Assembly: GCF_000020025.1 (NCBI RefSeq)
Contig: NC_010628.1
Span: 7,470,001 to 7,502,000, forward strand
DNA from: Nostoc punctiforme PCC 73102
GTDB taxonomy: Bacteria; Cyanobacteriota; Cyanobacteriia; Cyanobacteriales; Nostocaceae
Length of the DNA stretch: 32,000 nt
Reading direction: 5' to 3'
Each line of letters opens with the position of its first letter. Within the stretch, counting starts at the first letter, position 1. A program made the position numbers and the translations under genes. This document shows positions 16,251 to 25,227 of this stretch, piece by piece. The notes under the pieces were generated by a model, which saw only the letters and a list, made by a program, of their open reading frames with translations, had not been told where the DNA came from and did not search any database.

Positions 16251-16554
16251 AATGAACACCTGGCAGTGCTTTTGAAGCGACGGCTTTGATTTGCTCAAAC
16301 TTCACTTTAGACAATTAGTGGGGAGTGGGTTGTTCTCCTTGTCCCTTCATATCTTTCATTCCCCACTCCTCTTTAGCCTTGATAAACCGATTCTCCCCAA
16401 ACGTGTAACCAATTTCAACCGAAATACAAACGCACCTTCGCCAGTGCTAGATAGCTTTATTGGTAAGCTGAGATTGTAGCGATCTCCGATAATAGGTATT
16501 AATTGCGATCGCTAACCTCCAAGATCAGCAGACAGAAAAGCAAACAGGGCGACA

Positions 16555-17355
16555 ATGCAAAAACTCCTTTTTAACGATACAGATAGATTTAGAGCGCAGG
16601 CCCTATTCCTTGGTAAGGATATTAACTTACAGACATTGGAAAATTACGTTTCCTTGGCGACTATGCCATTAATGGTTACAGTCGGTGAACAGGGCTGTGC
16701 GGTACTGCTAGACTATGGCGCAGTTGTCCTGTTTAACCTTAAGCCTGTAGAAAAGGTAGCCTTTTTGACTAAACTATCCTCTCAAATTAGTGGCTCCTTT
16801 GCCGAACCAGAGACAGAAGAGGTGGAAATTCATCTCAACATTGCAGAGAGTGAGAGAGTTAAGGAAGGAAAAATTTCACTGCATGAATTTAGTGTAGAAC
16901 GCTTGCAGATAGTGGCTGATATCCTCGCTAAAAGTGTTGTGCTGTCTCATTATGAAACTAGCCTAGCGACTGTATTCGATCAAATTGAACCGTTTGCAGC
17001 TAGTCTCCAGCGTGAACACAGGGAAAGACGGCAGAGTCGGGAATTACTGCGTCAACTTGGGACTGCGCTGTTAGTTCAACATAAGATTGTGGGTAGAGTT
17101 GAGATCATTGATAAGCCAGAGCTGCTCTGGGAATCCCCACAGCTAGAAAACTTATATCTGCGCTTGGAGGATGAATACGAAATTCGTGAGCGTCACACTG
17201 CTTTGGAACGCAAACTAGAGCTAATTACCCAAACTGCACAAACAGTCTTGGAGTTCATGCAGCATAGCAGTAGCCAACGAGTAGAGTGGTATGTGGTGAT
17301 TCTGATTGTGGTGGAGATTCTGCTGTCACTGTACGACATCATTTTCAAAGGCTAA
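16555..17355 (+). CDS. RMD1/DUF155-family protein
   Basis: GCAVLLDYGAVVLFNL, LQIVADILAKSVVLSHYE, and a single C-terminal TM segment VEWYVVILIVVEILLSLY fit the DUF155 architecture. Confidence 0.78.
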   Translation: MQKLLFNDTDRFRAQALFLGKDINLQTLENYVSLATMPLMVTVGEQGCAVLLDYGAVVLFNLKPVEKVAFLTKLSSQISGSFAEPETEEVEIHLNIAESERVKEGKISLHEFSVERLQIVADILAKSVVLSHYETSLATVFDQIEPFAASLQREHRERRQSRELLRQLGTALLVQHKIVGRVEIIDKPELLWESPQLENLYLRLEDEYEIRERHTALERKLELITQTAQTVLEFMQHSSSQRVEWYVVILIVVEILLSLYDIIFKG

Positions 17356-17602
17356 GGTTAAATTAGAGTTATTTGTAAATCAAAAATGCTTACTGCGAAT
17401 GGTTTTTGGGGATTCAGATTCATCAATAGGCGCTAAAATATTAAAAATTGGTTTTTGTGTAAGGTAAACAAAAAATTTAAATTTTTCCTACTCGCACCAT
17501 GACATATAGCCATTCTTTGGGTAAGCAACAAATGCCCCTAAATGCTAAGTCTGCTTGAAGAGATAGGATCTATTAGAAAAGTAGAATTTTAGGAGTAAAC
17601 CT

Positions 17603-18223
17603 CTGTCTTTACAATTTATTACCGTTCCTCCCGGAACTTCTCAACCCGCCACAGGGTTAATTGTTACTTTGCATGGTTGGGGAGCTAATGCTGAGGATGT
17701 CGCATCTTTGCTACCCTTGCTCAACTTACCTGATTACCAGTTTATATTACCCAATGCACCTTATCCTTATCCCTATTCCCCTATAGGGAGGGCATGGTAT
17801 GACCTGCGGGTGGAAAATATGTATGAAGGCTTGGTAGAAAGTCGGAAACTGCTAATAGATTTTTTGCAATCTTTAGAAAGTACCACTGGCATACCTTTGT
17901 CACGCACTATTTTAAGTGGATTTTCTCAAGGCGGAGCAATGACTTTAGATGTAGGCTCAAAATTGCCACTAGCAGGCTTAGTTGTGATGAGCGGGTATTT
18001 ACATCCTGATGCACTAACGGCAGGTCAAAGAGATATTCCGCCAACTTTAATCAGCCACGGGAAATATGATGAAGTTGTTCCACTGCAAGCTGCTTTAAAG
18101 GCACGAGACACTTTAAAATCTCTAGGAGTGGCGGCAGAATATCATGAATTTGACATGGGGCATGAAATAAATCCACAAACGTTAAAGGTGCTGCGGGATT
18201 TCGTTGTAAATACAATTAGCTAG
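17603..18223 (+). CDS. alpha/beta hydrolase, phospholipase/carboxylesterase family; start codon uncertain
   Basis: LHGWGAN, GFSQGGAM (nucleophile elbow G-x-S-x-G), and the C-terminal GHEI. Family-like sequence LSLQFITVPPGTSQPATGLIVT lies upstream of the first canonical start (TTG 17669). A CTG at 17603 sits 7 nt after AGGAG (17591-17595). Confidence 0.72.
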   Translation: MSLQFITVPPGTSQPATGLIVTLHGWGANAEDVASLLPLLNLPDYQFILPNAPYPYPYSPIGRAWYDLRVENMYEGLVESRKLLIDFLQSLESTTGIPLSRTILSGFSQGGAMTLDVGSKLPLAGLVVMSGYLHPDALTAGQRDIPPTLISHGKYDEVVPLQAALKARDTLKSLGVAAEYHEFDMGHEINPQTLKVLRDFVVNTIS

Positions 18224-18377
18224 TCAGGATTACGAATTTTTTATAAATTCTGGTATAAATGCTGAAAATTTTCACGAAATCCATGCCTTCTAATGAGTAA
18301 TATATATAGGGTGGCTGCGTTCAGCGCAACTTAACCCATGCTGAAGGCGAGTGCTGCATAAGGGAGGGGCGAGCATT

Positions 18378-18590
18378 ATGACAACTCTAAGCATTTCCAG
18401 GAAAGAAATTGCTGCTATAACTGCGGCAGAAGTAGAAGAACTGGCTACACGTCTGGATCTGGATAATTACAGTAATGCTTTTGATGGTTTAAATGATTGG
18501 CATCTATTACGAGCGATCGCATTTCAGCGTCCAGAATTAGTTGAACCCTATATCTACCTCTTAGACTTGGAACCCTACGATGAAGCGTAG
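18378..18590 (+). CDS. small acidic hypothetical protein (70 aa)
   Basis: The ATG at 18378 is preceded by gggagggg. The listed GTG at 18351 adds 9 residues. No motif recognised. Confidence 0.55.
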   Translation: MTTLSISRKEIAAITAAEVEELATRLDLDNYSNAFDGLNDWHLLRAIAFQRPELVEPYIYLLDLEPYDEA

Positions 18591-18698
18591 TTGAGAGTTA
18601 GGAGAGACGCGATTAATCAATCGCGTCTGTACAGGAGTTAGGAGTTGGCAATTAACATTCGTAACTACTTGCTCCTAAGTTACTACTTACTCCTAACT
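18591..18698. repeat. third copy of the AGACGCGATTAATC..GCGTCT palindrome family with TAGGAG / CTCCTAA flanks
   Basis: agacgcgattaatcaatcgcgtct at 18605-18628, flanked by gagttaggag / ggagttaggag on the left and ctcctaag / actcctaac on the right. The architecture matches 7838-8030. Confidence 0.72.
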
Positions 18699-18705
18699 TT
18701 TTACT

Positions 18706-19911
18706 ATGACTAATCCAAAATTGAACAGGGTTCTAATAGGTGTAGGTGGCGGTATCGCCGCCTACAAAATTTGTGAATTGGTTTCAACGCTGTTTAAAAC
18801 TGGGGTCGAAGTCCGAGTCATCCTCACCCGTTCGGCGCAAGAATTTATTACACCTCTGACAATAGCCACCCTATCTCGTCATCCCGCCTACACCGATGAT
18901 GATTTCTGGAAACCAACTCACTCTCGTCCCTTGCATATTGGGTTGGGTGAATGGGCAGATGTCATGGTAATTGCCCCCTTGACAGCTAATACATTAGCAA
19001 AGCTAGCCTACGGGATGGCTGATAATTTACTTACAAATACCGTGCTGGCTTCTACTTGTCCCGTGCTGTTAGCACCCGCAATGAATACGGATATGTGGGA
19101 ACAGCTATCGGTGCAACGGAATTGGCAACAGCTATTGCTCGATAGCCGATATCATGGGATGAATACAGCGTCGGGTTTATTAGCGTGCGATCGCATCGGT
19201 GCTGGTAGATTAGCAGAACCTCCAGAAATTTTGGCTCACATCCAATCGTTGTTACACACTCAAGGTAAACGAGATTTAGCAGGTAAACGAGTGTTAATTA
19301 GTGCTGGGGGAACGCGAGAGTTTCTTGATCCAGTAAGGTTTATTGGCAATCCTTCCACAGGTAAAATGGGATTAGCTTTAGCACAAGCTGCACTTCACCG
19401 GGGGGCAAACGTCACCCTAGTACATGGCCCAGCTAATTGGGATGTACCATTAGGAGTGCAAGCAATTCCTGTTGTTAGTGCCGAGCAAATGCAGCAGGCA
19501 ATGCTGGAATATTTACCCAACGCTGATGTAATTGTCATGTCAGCAGCAGTGGCAGATGTGAAGCCACGAGATTATAGTACAGAGAAATTGCCTAAGCGAT
19601 CGCTCCCCCAAGCCTTACCTCTGGAACCAGTACCGGATATAGTCGCCCAATTAGCACAACATAAACAGCCGTATCAGATATTAATTGGGTTTGCAGCACA
19701 AACTGGGAATATTGTCAAGCCCGCATTAGAAAAATTACAGAGTAAAAAACTAGATGCTATTGTTGCCAATCCCATCGATCAACCTGATAGTGGTTTTGGT
19801 AGCGATAATAATCAAGCGATATTTTTAGATCGGCAAGGAAATCAAGTAGCGATCGCACCTTGTTCTAAATTAGAAATGGCCCATTATTTATTTGATTTTG
19901 CCATCACTTGA
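18706..19911 (+). CDS. coaBC: bifunctional phosphopantothenoylcysteine decarboxylase / phosphopantothenate-cysteine ligase
   Basis: N-terminal flavoprotein motif [18 protein letters not shown], and the C-terminal ligase half [25 protein letters not shown]...AAVADV. Confidence 0.93.
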   Translation: MTNPKLNRVLIGVGGGIAAYKICELVSTLFKTGVEVRVILTRSAQEFITPLTIATLSRHPAYTDDDFWKPTHSRPLHIGLGEWADVMVIAPLTANTLAKLAYGMADNLLTNTVLASTCPVLLAPAMNTDMWEQLSVQRNWQQLLLDSRYHGMNTASGLLACDRIGAGRLAEPPEILAHIQSLLHTQGKRDLAGKRVLISAGGTREFLDPVRFIGNPSTGKMGLALAQAALHRGANVTLVHGPANWDVPLGVQAIPVVSAEQMQQAMLEYLPNADVIVMSAAVADVKPRDYSTEKLPKRSLPQALPLEPVPDIVAQLAQHKQPYQILIGFAAQTGNIVKPALEKLQSKKLDAIVANPIDQPDSGFGSDNNQAIFLDRQGNQVAIAPCSKLEMAHYLFDFAIT

Positions 19912-19997
19912 TATAAAGATATAAGTGATTACTTGAGGATTATCCAAGTGAACTACTCCAACCCCCATAAAATCTTTATGTAATAAGACTTTTAAGC

Positions 19998-21209
19998 TTA
20001 ACCCAGTTTTCTGTTCCAATGATTCTTATAGATCGGATATCCTTCACCTGGGTTTTTAAGGCGTATACGATACAAGCTATTTCTTGCCGTGATGTACAAA
20101 GTTTTATAATCATTGTCTCCCCACGCTAGATTAGCTGGAACTTCTGGGACTTCAATAATACCTAGTAGATTGCCTGCGGGTGAGAAAACCCACACTCCTC
20201 CAGGTCCCGTACTGTAAACATTCCCTTTGATATCTACTTTCATTCCATCTGGAACTCCTTCCTTACCAGGATATTTTTGTTGGGCAAAAATATGTCCATT
20301 TTTCAAAAGTCCATTGGAATTAACATCAAAGACACGGATATGACCTGTTTCAGAATCATTGACATATAGTTTGGTTTCATCAGGAGAAAAGGCGATGCCA
20401 TTGGGACGTACAAAATCTTTAACTAATAGAGTTAATTTTCTATCCGATGTCAGACGATAAACACCATAAAAACCTAATTCTTCTTGTTGTGGTTTAATAC
20501 CATAGGGTGGATCTGTGAAGTAGATACTTCCATCTGATTTCACTACTAAATCATTTGGGCTATTAAGTCGTTTTCCTTGGTAATGGCTAACAAGTGTGAC
20601 TAATTTGCCATTTTCTTCTGTACGAGATACACGACGATTACCGTGTTCAGCAGTAACTAAACGCCCTTGTTGGTCAAAGGCATTGCCATTAGCATTACCA
20701 GAATGGCGACGGAAAATCTGCAATTTTCGATTAGGTTGCCATTTATAAATTGTATTGGCAGGAATATCACTAAAGAGTAGAAAACCATCTGGATGCCAAA
20801 GCGGTCCCTCTGTAAATTTGAAATTTTTAGCAATTTTTTCAACTTGAGCATTCTTCTCAAGAATGTTTTGCAAATTATCCTGTTTCTTATAAAACTTGTG
20901 TACAGGAACTTTTAATTCTGTAATAATTACGCCATAATTTGTTATCTTAGCTACTAATCCATTAGCATTAGTCAAGGTAAATAGCTGTACTGCTTGGCCT
21001 TTTTCAGTTTTACCCCATTCCTTAAAAGTTATATTTGTATTCTGCTGATGCGAATCTTGAATCTGAGTAATATTTGTATCTAAAAATACTATTTTACCTT
21101 TAGCATTTCCCCCTTGACAAGAATACAAAATACTCATGAAGATGATAGTTATTCCAGTTGTTATAGAAATTGCCGCTAATTTTAGATTTTTAATAAATAT
21201 AGGTGGCAT
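19998..21209 (-). CDS. SMP-30/gluconolactonase/LRE-family lactonase with a lipoprotein-like signal and a fused aldose-1-epimerase N-terminal fragment
   Basis: FTEGPLWHPDGFLLFSDIPANTIYKW, NSPNDLVV, PNGIAFSPDETKLYV and PDGMKVD are lactonase beta-propeller motifs. The N-terminus has a hydrophobic stretch ending ILYSC (lipobox-like). Residues ~62-102 match the mutarotase N-terminus. Confidence 0.84.
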   Translation of the reverse strand: MPPIFIKNLKLAAISITTGITIIFMSILYSCQGGNAKGKIVFLDTNITQIQDSHQQNTNITFKEWGKTEKGQAVQLFTLTNANGLVAKITNYGVIITELKVPVHKFYKKQDNLQNILEKNAQVEKIAKNFKFTEGPLWHPDGFLLFSDIPANTIYKWQPNRKLQIFRRHSGNANGNAFDQQGRLVTAEHGNRRVSRTEENGKLVTLVSHYQGKRLNSPNDLVVKSDGSIYFTDPPYGIKPQQEELGFYGVYRLTSDRKLTLLVKDFVRPNGIAFSPDETKLYVNDSETGHIRVFDVNSNGLLKNGHIFAQQKYPGKEGVPDGMKVDIKGNVYSTGPGGVWVFSPAGNLLGIIEVPEVPANLAWGDNDYKTLYITARNSLYRIRLKNPGEGYPIYKNHWNRKLG

Positions 21210-21237
21210 AAACTAAAAGTTATTTATAACTGAAATA

Positions 21238-22716
21238 ATGAAAAAATTATACCTTTTAATTCCTATCTGCATAGTTTTGCTTTTCAACTTAGCATTTTCT
21301 AATATTTCCTCAGCACAAATTATAGATCCCATCCCTGAGAAGATTGGAAAATCAAAGATTTCGGTAGGAATACAACAAATTTTGCAAATACCAGAAAGTG
21401 GTACAGGGCGAAGCAAAGAGAGAATTGCAAGATTAAATATGTTAGCCCATGCAGGTGATGGTAGCGGCAGGTTATTCGTCAATGATATGCGTGGCAAACT
21501 ATATGTAATTAATAATGGTAAAGCCTCAGTTTACATGGATTTAAAAAGATTAGTATGCTCAGGCTTTAGTTATGATACTTCTCAACAAGGTTTTTCTTAT
21601 TTTGCCTTCCATCCAGATTTTAAGCAAAATGGGATTTTTTATACTGTACACAGCGAAGAAAAAAATAACTCCTTTACTGATTTTCCTGTGAGGAAAAAAA
21701 TTATTGATAGTTCAGGTAATATCATCGAAAGTTCTCACCATGACGTAGTTCTAGAATGGAAAACTACTAATCCTGCTGCTAATACTTTTTCTGGAAATTT
21801 TCGAGAAATGCTGCGGATTGAACAGCCATATCCAGACCATAATGTCGGACAATTGGGCTTTAATCCTAATGCTAAACTTGGAGATTTCGATTATGGAATG
21901 TTATACATTGCTACAGCAGACGGAGGAAGTGACGGTTTTCCTGTCAGCAATACAGATCCTTTAGATAATGCACAAGACCTGAGTACACCTCTAGGAAAAA
22001 TTCTGCGTATAGATCCTTTTGGCAAGAACAGCGTTAACGGTAAGTACGGCATCCCTGAAGATAATCCTTTTGCTCACGATGACGACCCCAAAACTTTAGG
22101 AGAAATTTGGGCTTATGGGTTGCGTAATCCCCATCGTTTTAGTTGGGATACAAGTGGCGCAGGCAAGATGTTAATTGTTGATATCGGTCAAGCTTTGATT
22201 GAAGAAATAAATCTTGGGATCAAAGGTGCTAATTATGGATGGGGGAACCGTGAGGGAACATGGGTGATAGATGAAAAGAAGGAAGATGTTCTATTTTCCT
22301 TACCTAAAGATGATGCCAAGTATGGTTACACATATCCGGTTGCTCAATATGACCATGATTTACCCGCTGATGGACAGGGTTCTTATGCAGTTGCGATCGC
22401 AGGTGGTTATGTTTACAGAGGTAAAGCCATTCCTGAATTAGTAGGTCAGTATATTTTTGCTGACTTTGGCAACGATGGACGCTTTTTTCATGTACCTGTA
22501 GATGAACTTGTTAATGGTAAACAGGCAAAAATTAAAGAAATTAGGCTTTTTGATGGTAAAAAAGAAAGTTCTTTTTTAGAAATCATTGGTAGTAAACGTT
22601 CCGATCTCAGATTTGGGGTAGACCAAGAGGGGGAAATTTATGTAACCTCTAAGAGCGATGGCAAGGTGAGAAAATTTGTTCGTTCTCCAAATGCTAAATT
22701 TTATAAGAGTTTATAG
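21238..22716 (+). CDS. PQQ-dependent sugar (glucose/sorbosone) dehydrogenase family protein, secreted
   Basis: Signal peptide MKKLYLLIPICIVLLFNLAFSNISSAQ. Motifs HNVGQLGFNP, GLRNPHRFSWD and ANYGWGNREG are typical of soluble aldose dehydrogenases. Confidence 0.84.
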   Translation: MKKLYLLIPICIVLLFNLAFSNISSAQIIDPIPEKIGKSKISVGIQQILQIPESGTGRSKERIARLNMLAHAGDGSGRLFVNDMRGKLYVINNGKASVYMDLKRLVCSGFSYDTSQQGFSYFAFHPDFKQNGIFYTVHSEEKNNSFTDFPVRKKIIDSSGNIIESSHHDVVLEWKTTNPAANTFSGNFREMLRIEQPYPDHNVGQLGFNPNAKLGDFDYGMLYIATADGGSDGFPVSNTDPLDNAQDLSTPLGKILRIDPFGKNSVNGKYGIPEDNPFAHDDDPKTLGEIWAYGLRNPHRFSWDTSGAGKMLIVDIGQALIEEINLGIKGANYGWGNREGTWVIDEKKEDVLFSLPKDDAKYGYTYPVAQYDHDLPADGQGSYAVAIAGGYVYRGKAIPELVGQYIFADFGNDGRFFHVPVDELVNGKQAKIKEIRLFDGKKESSFLEIIGSKRSDLRFGVDQEGEIYVTSKSDGKVRKFVRSPNAKFYKSL

Positions 22717-23138
22717 GTTTTTCATTGCCAAAATGTTTTGAATCAGCGATCGCCCAACTCACACGTTACAAAATTTTTCTCGCACCAGTCCAGGATTGGT
22801 TGTTACTTCTAACACCCGATTTCAATCCCTGTATCGTATATGCTGTGCTTGCGGCAGAATCTATTTGTGGGTAAGCTTTTTGAGACTTAAGGGGAAAAGC
22901 CAGATTAGTGAATCGGTGTTCTAAGGATACGGCATTGTGGTGTCTCTACAACTATCCATGTTCATGCTTAATTCTTTTTCTCTACCTTTACAAATAGTGT
23001 GACTGACACATACATATCAAGCAGCGATTGAGAAAGGAAACTACTACTTTTAATTGGGTAGAACCCGTATGGAATATGGCTTTAAGTCACTTTCCTAGAT
23101 TTTACAATATAGGTAAGACATAAAAATTACCTTTCTAT

Positions 23139-23495
23139 ATGAAAATACTCTCATCAGAGCTAGTCCATTTGGGATTTGGCAAATATGTGCGTTCTGACCA
23201 AGTGACAGCAGTTATACCAATAGAAGAGGAGCGAGGCCCAGGACGACGAACCTTTGTTCACGTTCAAGGGCAAAGCGATCCAATTATCGCCTCTCGCGCT
23301 GAAGATACCATCGTGCGTGATTTGGTACAGGAACCACGCGAAGTTACCCAAGCACGTCAGCAGCAGGAAATTCTTCAAGATTTATTGGTTAATTTAGCTA
23401 ATGTTAATTCCACTGTGCGACGAATTAACCGTGATGAAGGCAGTTTGGATCTCGATTTGTTAGAGCGACGAATTAAGCAAGTCCTGGAAAATTAA
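23139..23495 (+). CDS. DUF370 (RemA-like) domain protein
   Basis: LVHLGFGKYVRSDQVTAVIP...GRRTFVHV...IIASRAEDTIVRDL parallels the RemA/DUF370 pattern (LINIGFGN.V....I..IV.P ... GRRTRAV ... ILSAVQPETV). Confidence 0.62.
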   Translation: MKILSSELVHLGFGKYVRSDQVTAVIPIEEERGPGRRTFVHVQGQSDPIIASRAEDTIVRDLVQEPREVTQARQQQEILQDLLVNLANVNSTVRRINRDEGSLDLDLLERRIKQVLEN

Positions 23496-23526
23496 TTGCA
23501 GAAATCAGCAAACTAAATAACGGAGA

Positions 23527-24621
23527 ATGATATTGCTGAATACAATTACAGACCAAGTTTCAGTATCAGAGACACAAACAAAATCGCCAAGGTTGTGGAT
23601 GCCTGAACGGGTACTGTTTACACCTGCTGCCCTAGGTGAGGATTGGGGGCAGCAGATTCTTGCACGTGTGCAGTCACTCAACTTGCCAATAGAAGAGTTA
23701 TCACAGAACCGCTTGAAGGGTCTGCGCGGTGAGTCTGAGCGCGATACTTATAACATCGCCAAGCGTACCTTAGCGGTAGTTACTGCACCGCCCAGTTCTT
23801 TTAAGCTGAGTCCCATCCCACCTTCTGCGGATTGGCAGTTTCACATTGCTGAAGGTTGTCCTGCTCATTGTCAATACTGCTACCTAGCTGGTAGCTTGTC
23901 GGGGCCACCTGTCATCCGCGTTTTTGCCAACTTACCGCAGATATTAGAGAATTTAGCTAACTACGAGCAACAGGGTAAAACCACGACTTTTGAAGTTAGC
24001 TGTTACACAGACCCATTGGGTATTGAGCATTTAACTGGAAGTCTTGCTGAATGTATCCGTTACTTTGGCACTCGTACCAATGCACATCTACGTTGGGTAT
24101 CGAAGTTTGATGCTGTGGATGGATTACTCGATTTGCCACACAATGGGAATACTCGCTGTCGGATGAGTGTTAATGCAGCACCCATTTCTGGCAAATTTGA
24201 AGGTGGCACGGCATCCGTAGCATCCAGACTGAATGCATTGCGACGGTTGGCGTTACCACAAGAGCGTGGCGGTGGCGGCTATCCAGTAGGCTTGGTTATC
24301 GCGCCAATTATGCCGATAGACGATTGGCAGATGCACTATAGTCGTTTGTTTGACCAGATAAACGAGGCACTAGATTTTGACTGTAATTTTACCTTTGAGT
24401 TAATCTCACATCGGTTCACACCTGGGTCAAAAGAAGTCTTACAAGCTTGGTATCCGCAATCCAAATTAGAGATGGATGAGGCAAAACGCAGTGTCAAGCG
24501 TAATAAGTTTGGTGGGACGAAGTACGTTTACGAGAAGGACACAATGAAAGCGTTGCGTAGCTTTTTTGAGAGTGAGATTAGTAGGCGCTTTCCAAATGCT
24601 GAAACTCTTTATTGGACTTAG
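23527..24621 (+). CDS. spore-photoproduct-lyase-family radical SAM protein
   Basis: CxxxCxxC cluster GCPAHCQYCYLAG, about 360 aa long, with SPL-like downstream segments (EVSCYTDP, ISHRFTP). It starts 31 nt after the DUF370 gene, so it is probably in the same operon. Confidence 0.84.
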   Translation: MILLNTITDQVSVSETQTKSPRLWMPERVLFTPAALGEDWGQQILARVQSLNLPIEELSQNRLKGLRGESERDTYNIAKRTLAVVTAPPSSFKLSPIPPSADWQFHIAEGCPAHCQYCYLAGSLSGPPVIRVFANLPQILENLANYEQQGKTTTFEVSCYTDPLGIEHLTGSLAECIRYFGTRTNAHLRWVSKFDAVDGLLDLPHNGNTRCRMSVNAAPISGKFEGGTASVASRLNALRRLALPQERGGGGYPVGLVIAPIMPIDDWQMHYSRLFDQINEALDFDCNFTFELISHRFTPGSKEVLQAWYPQSKLEMDEAKRSVKRNKFGGTKYVYEKDTMKALRSFFESEISRRFPNAETLYWT

Positions 24622-24667
24622 TACAGCATTTCATTAATTCGTAGCGAATTAAATTTGGCAAGATTCT

Positions 24668-24816
24668 GCATTAACAATGCAAGCCAATGCATTGTTAATG
24701 CGTGAGCTTACATTGTTAATGTGTTGGCTTGCATTGCTAATGCGTGAGCTTGAATTGTTAATGCATTGGCTTGCATTGTTAATGCGTCAGCTTGAATTGT
24801 TAATGCATTGGCTTGC
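24668..24816. repeat. 21-bp-phased tandem array (six units of ATTGTTAATG-N11) preceded by one inverted unit
   Basis: ATTG(T/C)TAATG starts at 24691, 24712, 24733, 24754, 24775 and 24796, exactly 21 bp apart. The units alternate ...GCGTGAGCTTGA / ...GCATTGGCTTGC, giving a 42-bp super-repeat x3. gcattaacaatgc (24668-24680) is the perfect reverse complement of gcattgttaatgc (24689-24701). Confidence 0.92.
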
Positions 24817-25227
24817 AGTTTTCATGCATTTCCCTGCATTAAAAACGTTATGCTTTTACGCAAAACTGTACTTAGAAGACTACTTTGCTCAAATAGAGAT
24901 TGTAATTCTTGAGTAAAAGAGCGATCGCAGAATAATATATCACTCTCAATAATTTTTAAGCGCTTTCGGCAGTTCTAAGGCTTCTCCAATCCTGGATAAC
25001 TCTACACACCAATAGCATAAATTCGGCTACCATCTCAATTAACTTAACAAGAAGCAAAATTTCCTTGTTAAAGGTAAGCAAACTACCGCTCCGGTTTTTC
25101 GCTGAGTTGAGCTATGCCTACGCAAAGCCGCATAATTTTGGCAGACGACAGGCGGCGTTATACATTAATAAGTGTATCTGCAATACCGGACTTGTTCTGG
25201 CTTAGTCTCAATAGCAAAGGTTTGGAG

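Noticed and set aside
16291-16479. 62-aa plus-strand ORF, plus a start-less minus-strand frame (…VEIGYTFGENRFIKAKEEW…) between the repeat element and the RMD1 gene
   Set aside because: There are no start or RBS signals and no recognisable motif. It could be a gene remnant, but I cannot support that from the sequence alone.
22802-22836. Sequence ...cccgatttcaatccctg..., whose complement ends like the GGGATTGAAA(C) 3' end of common cyanobacterial CRISPR repeats, within a 420-nt ORF-free gap
   Set aside because: Only a single copy is present, with no second repeat or spacer periodicity. It could be an orphan remnant or chance, and is not supportable as a feature.
24668-24816. Possible CRISPR array
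   Set aside because: The units are contiguous with no unique spacers, the period is 21 bp, and no cas genes are nearby. The same reasoning rules out CRISPR for the GTGCAGGT cluster at 28684-29123.
24677-24916. 79-aa ORF with a striking heptad pattern (LLMRELE/LLMHWLA)
   Set aside because: The periodicity is a direct consequence of the 21-bp DNA repeat, and the opposite strand is similarly open. There is no RBS and the composition is implausible, so I treat it as a DNA-level repeat. A micro-protein cannot be fully excluded.
25114-25227. Listed longer start for the site-2 protease
   Set aside because: The extra 38 residues are not hydrophobic or family-like, and the first TM segment starts right after ATG 25228. 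This is kept as an alternative, because neither start has a good RBS.
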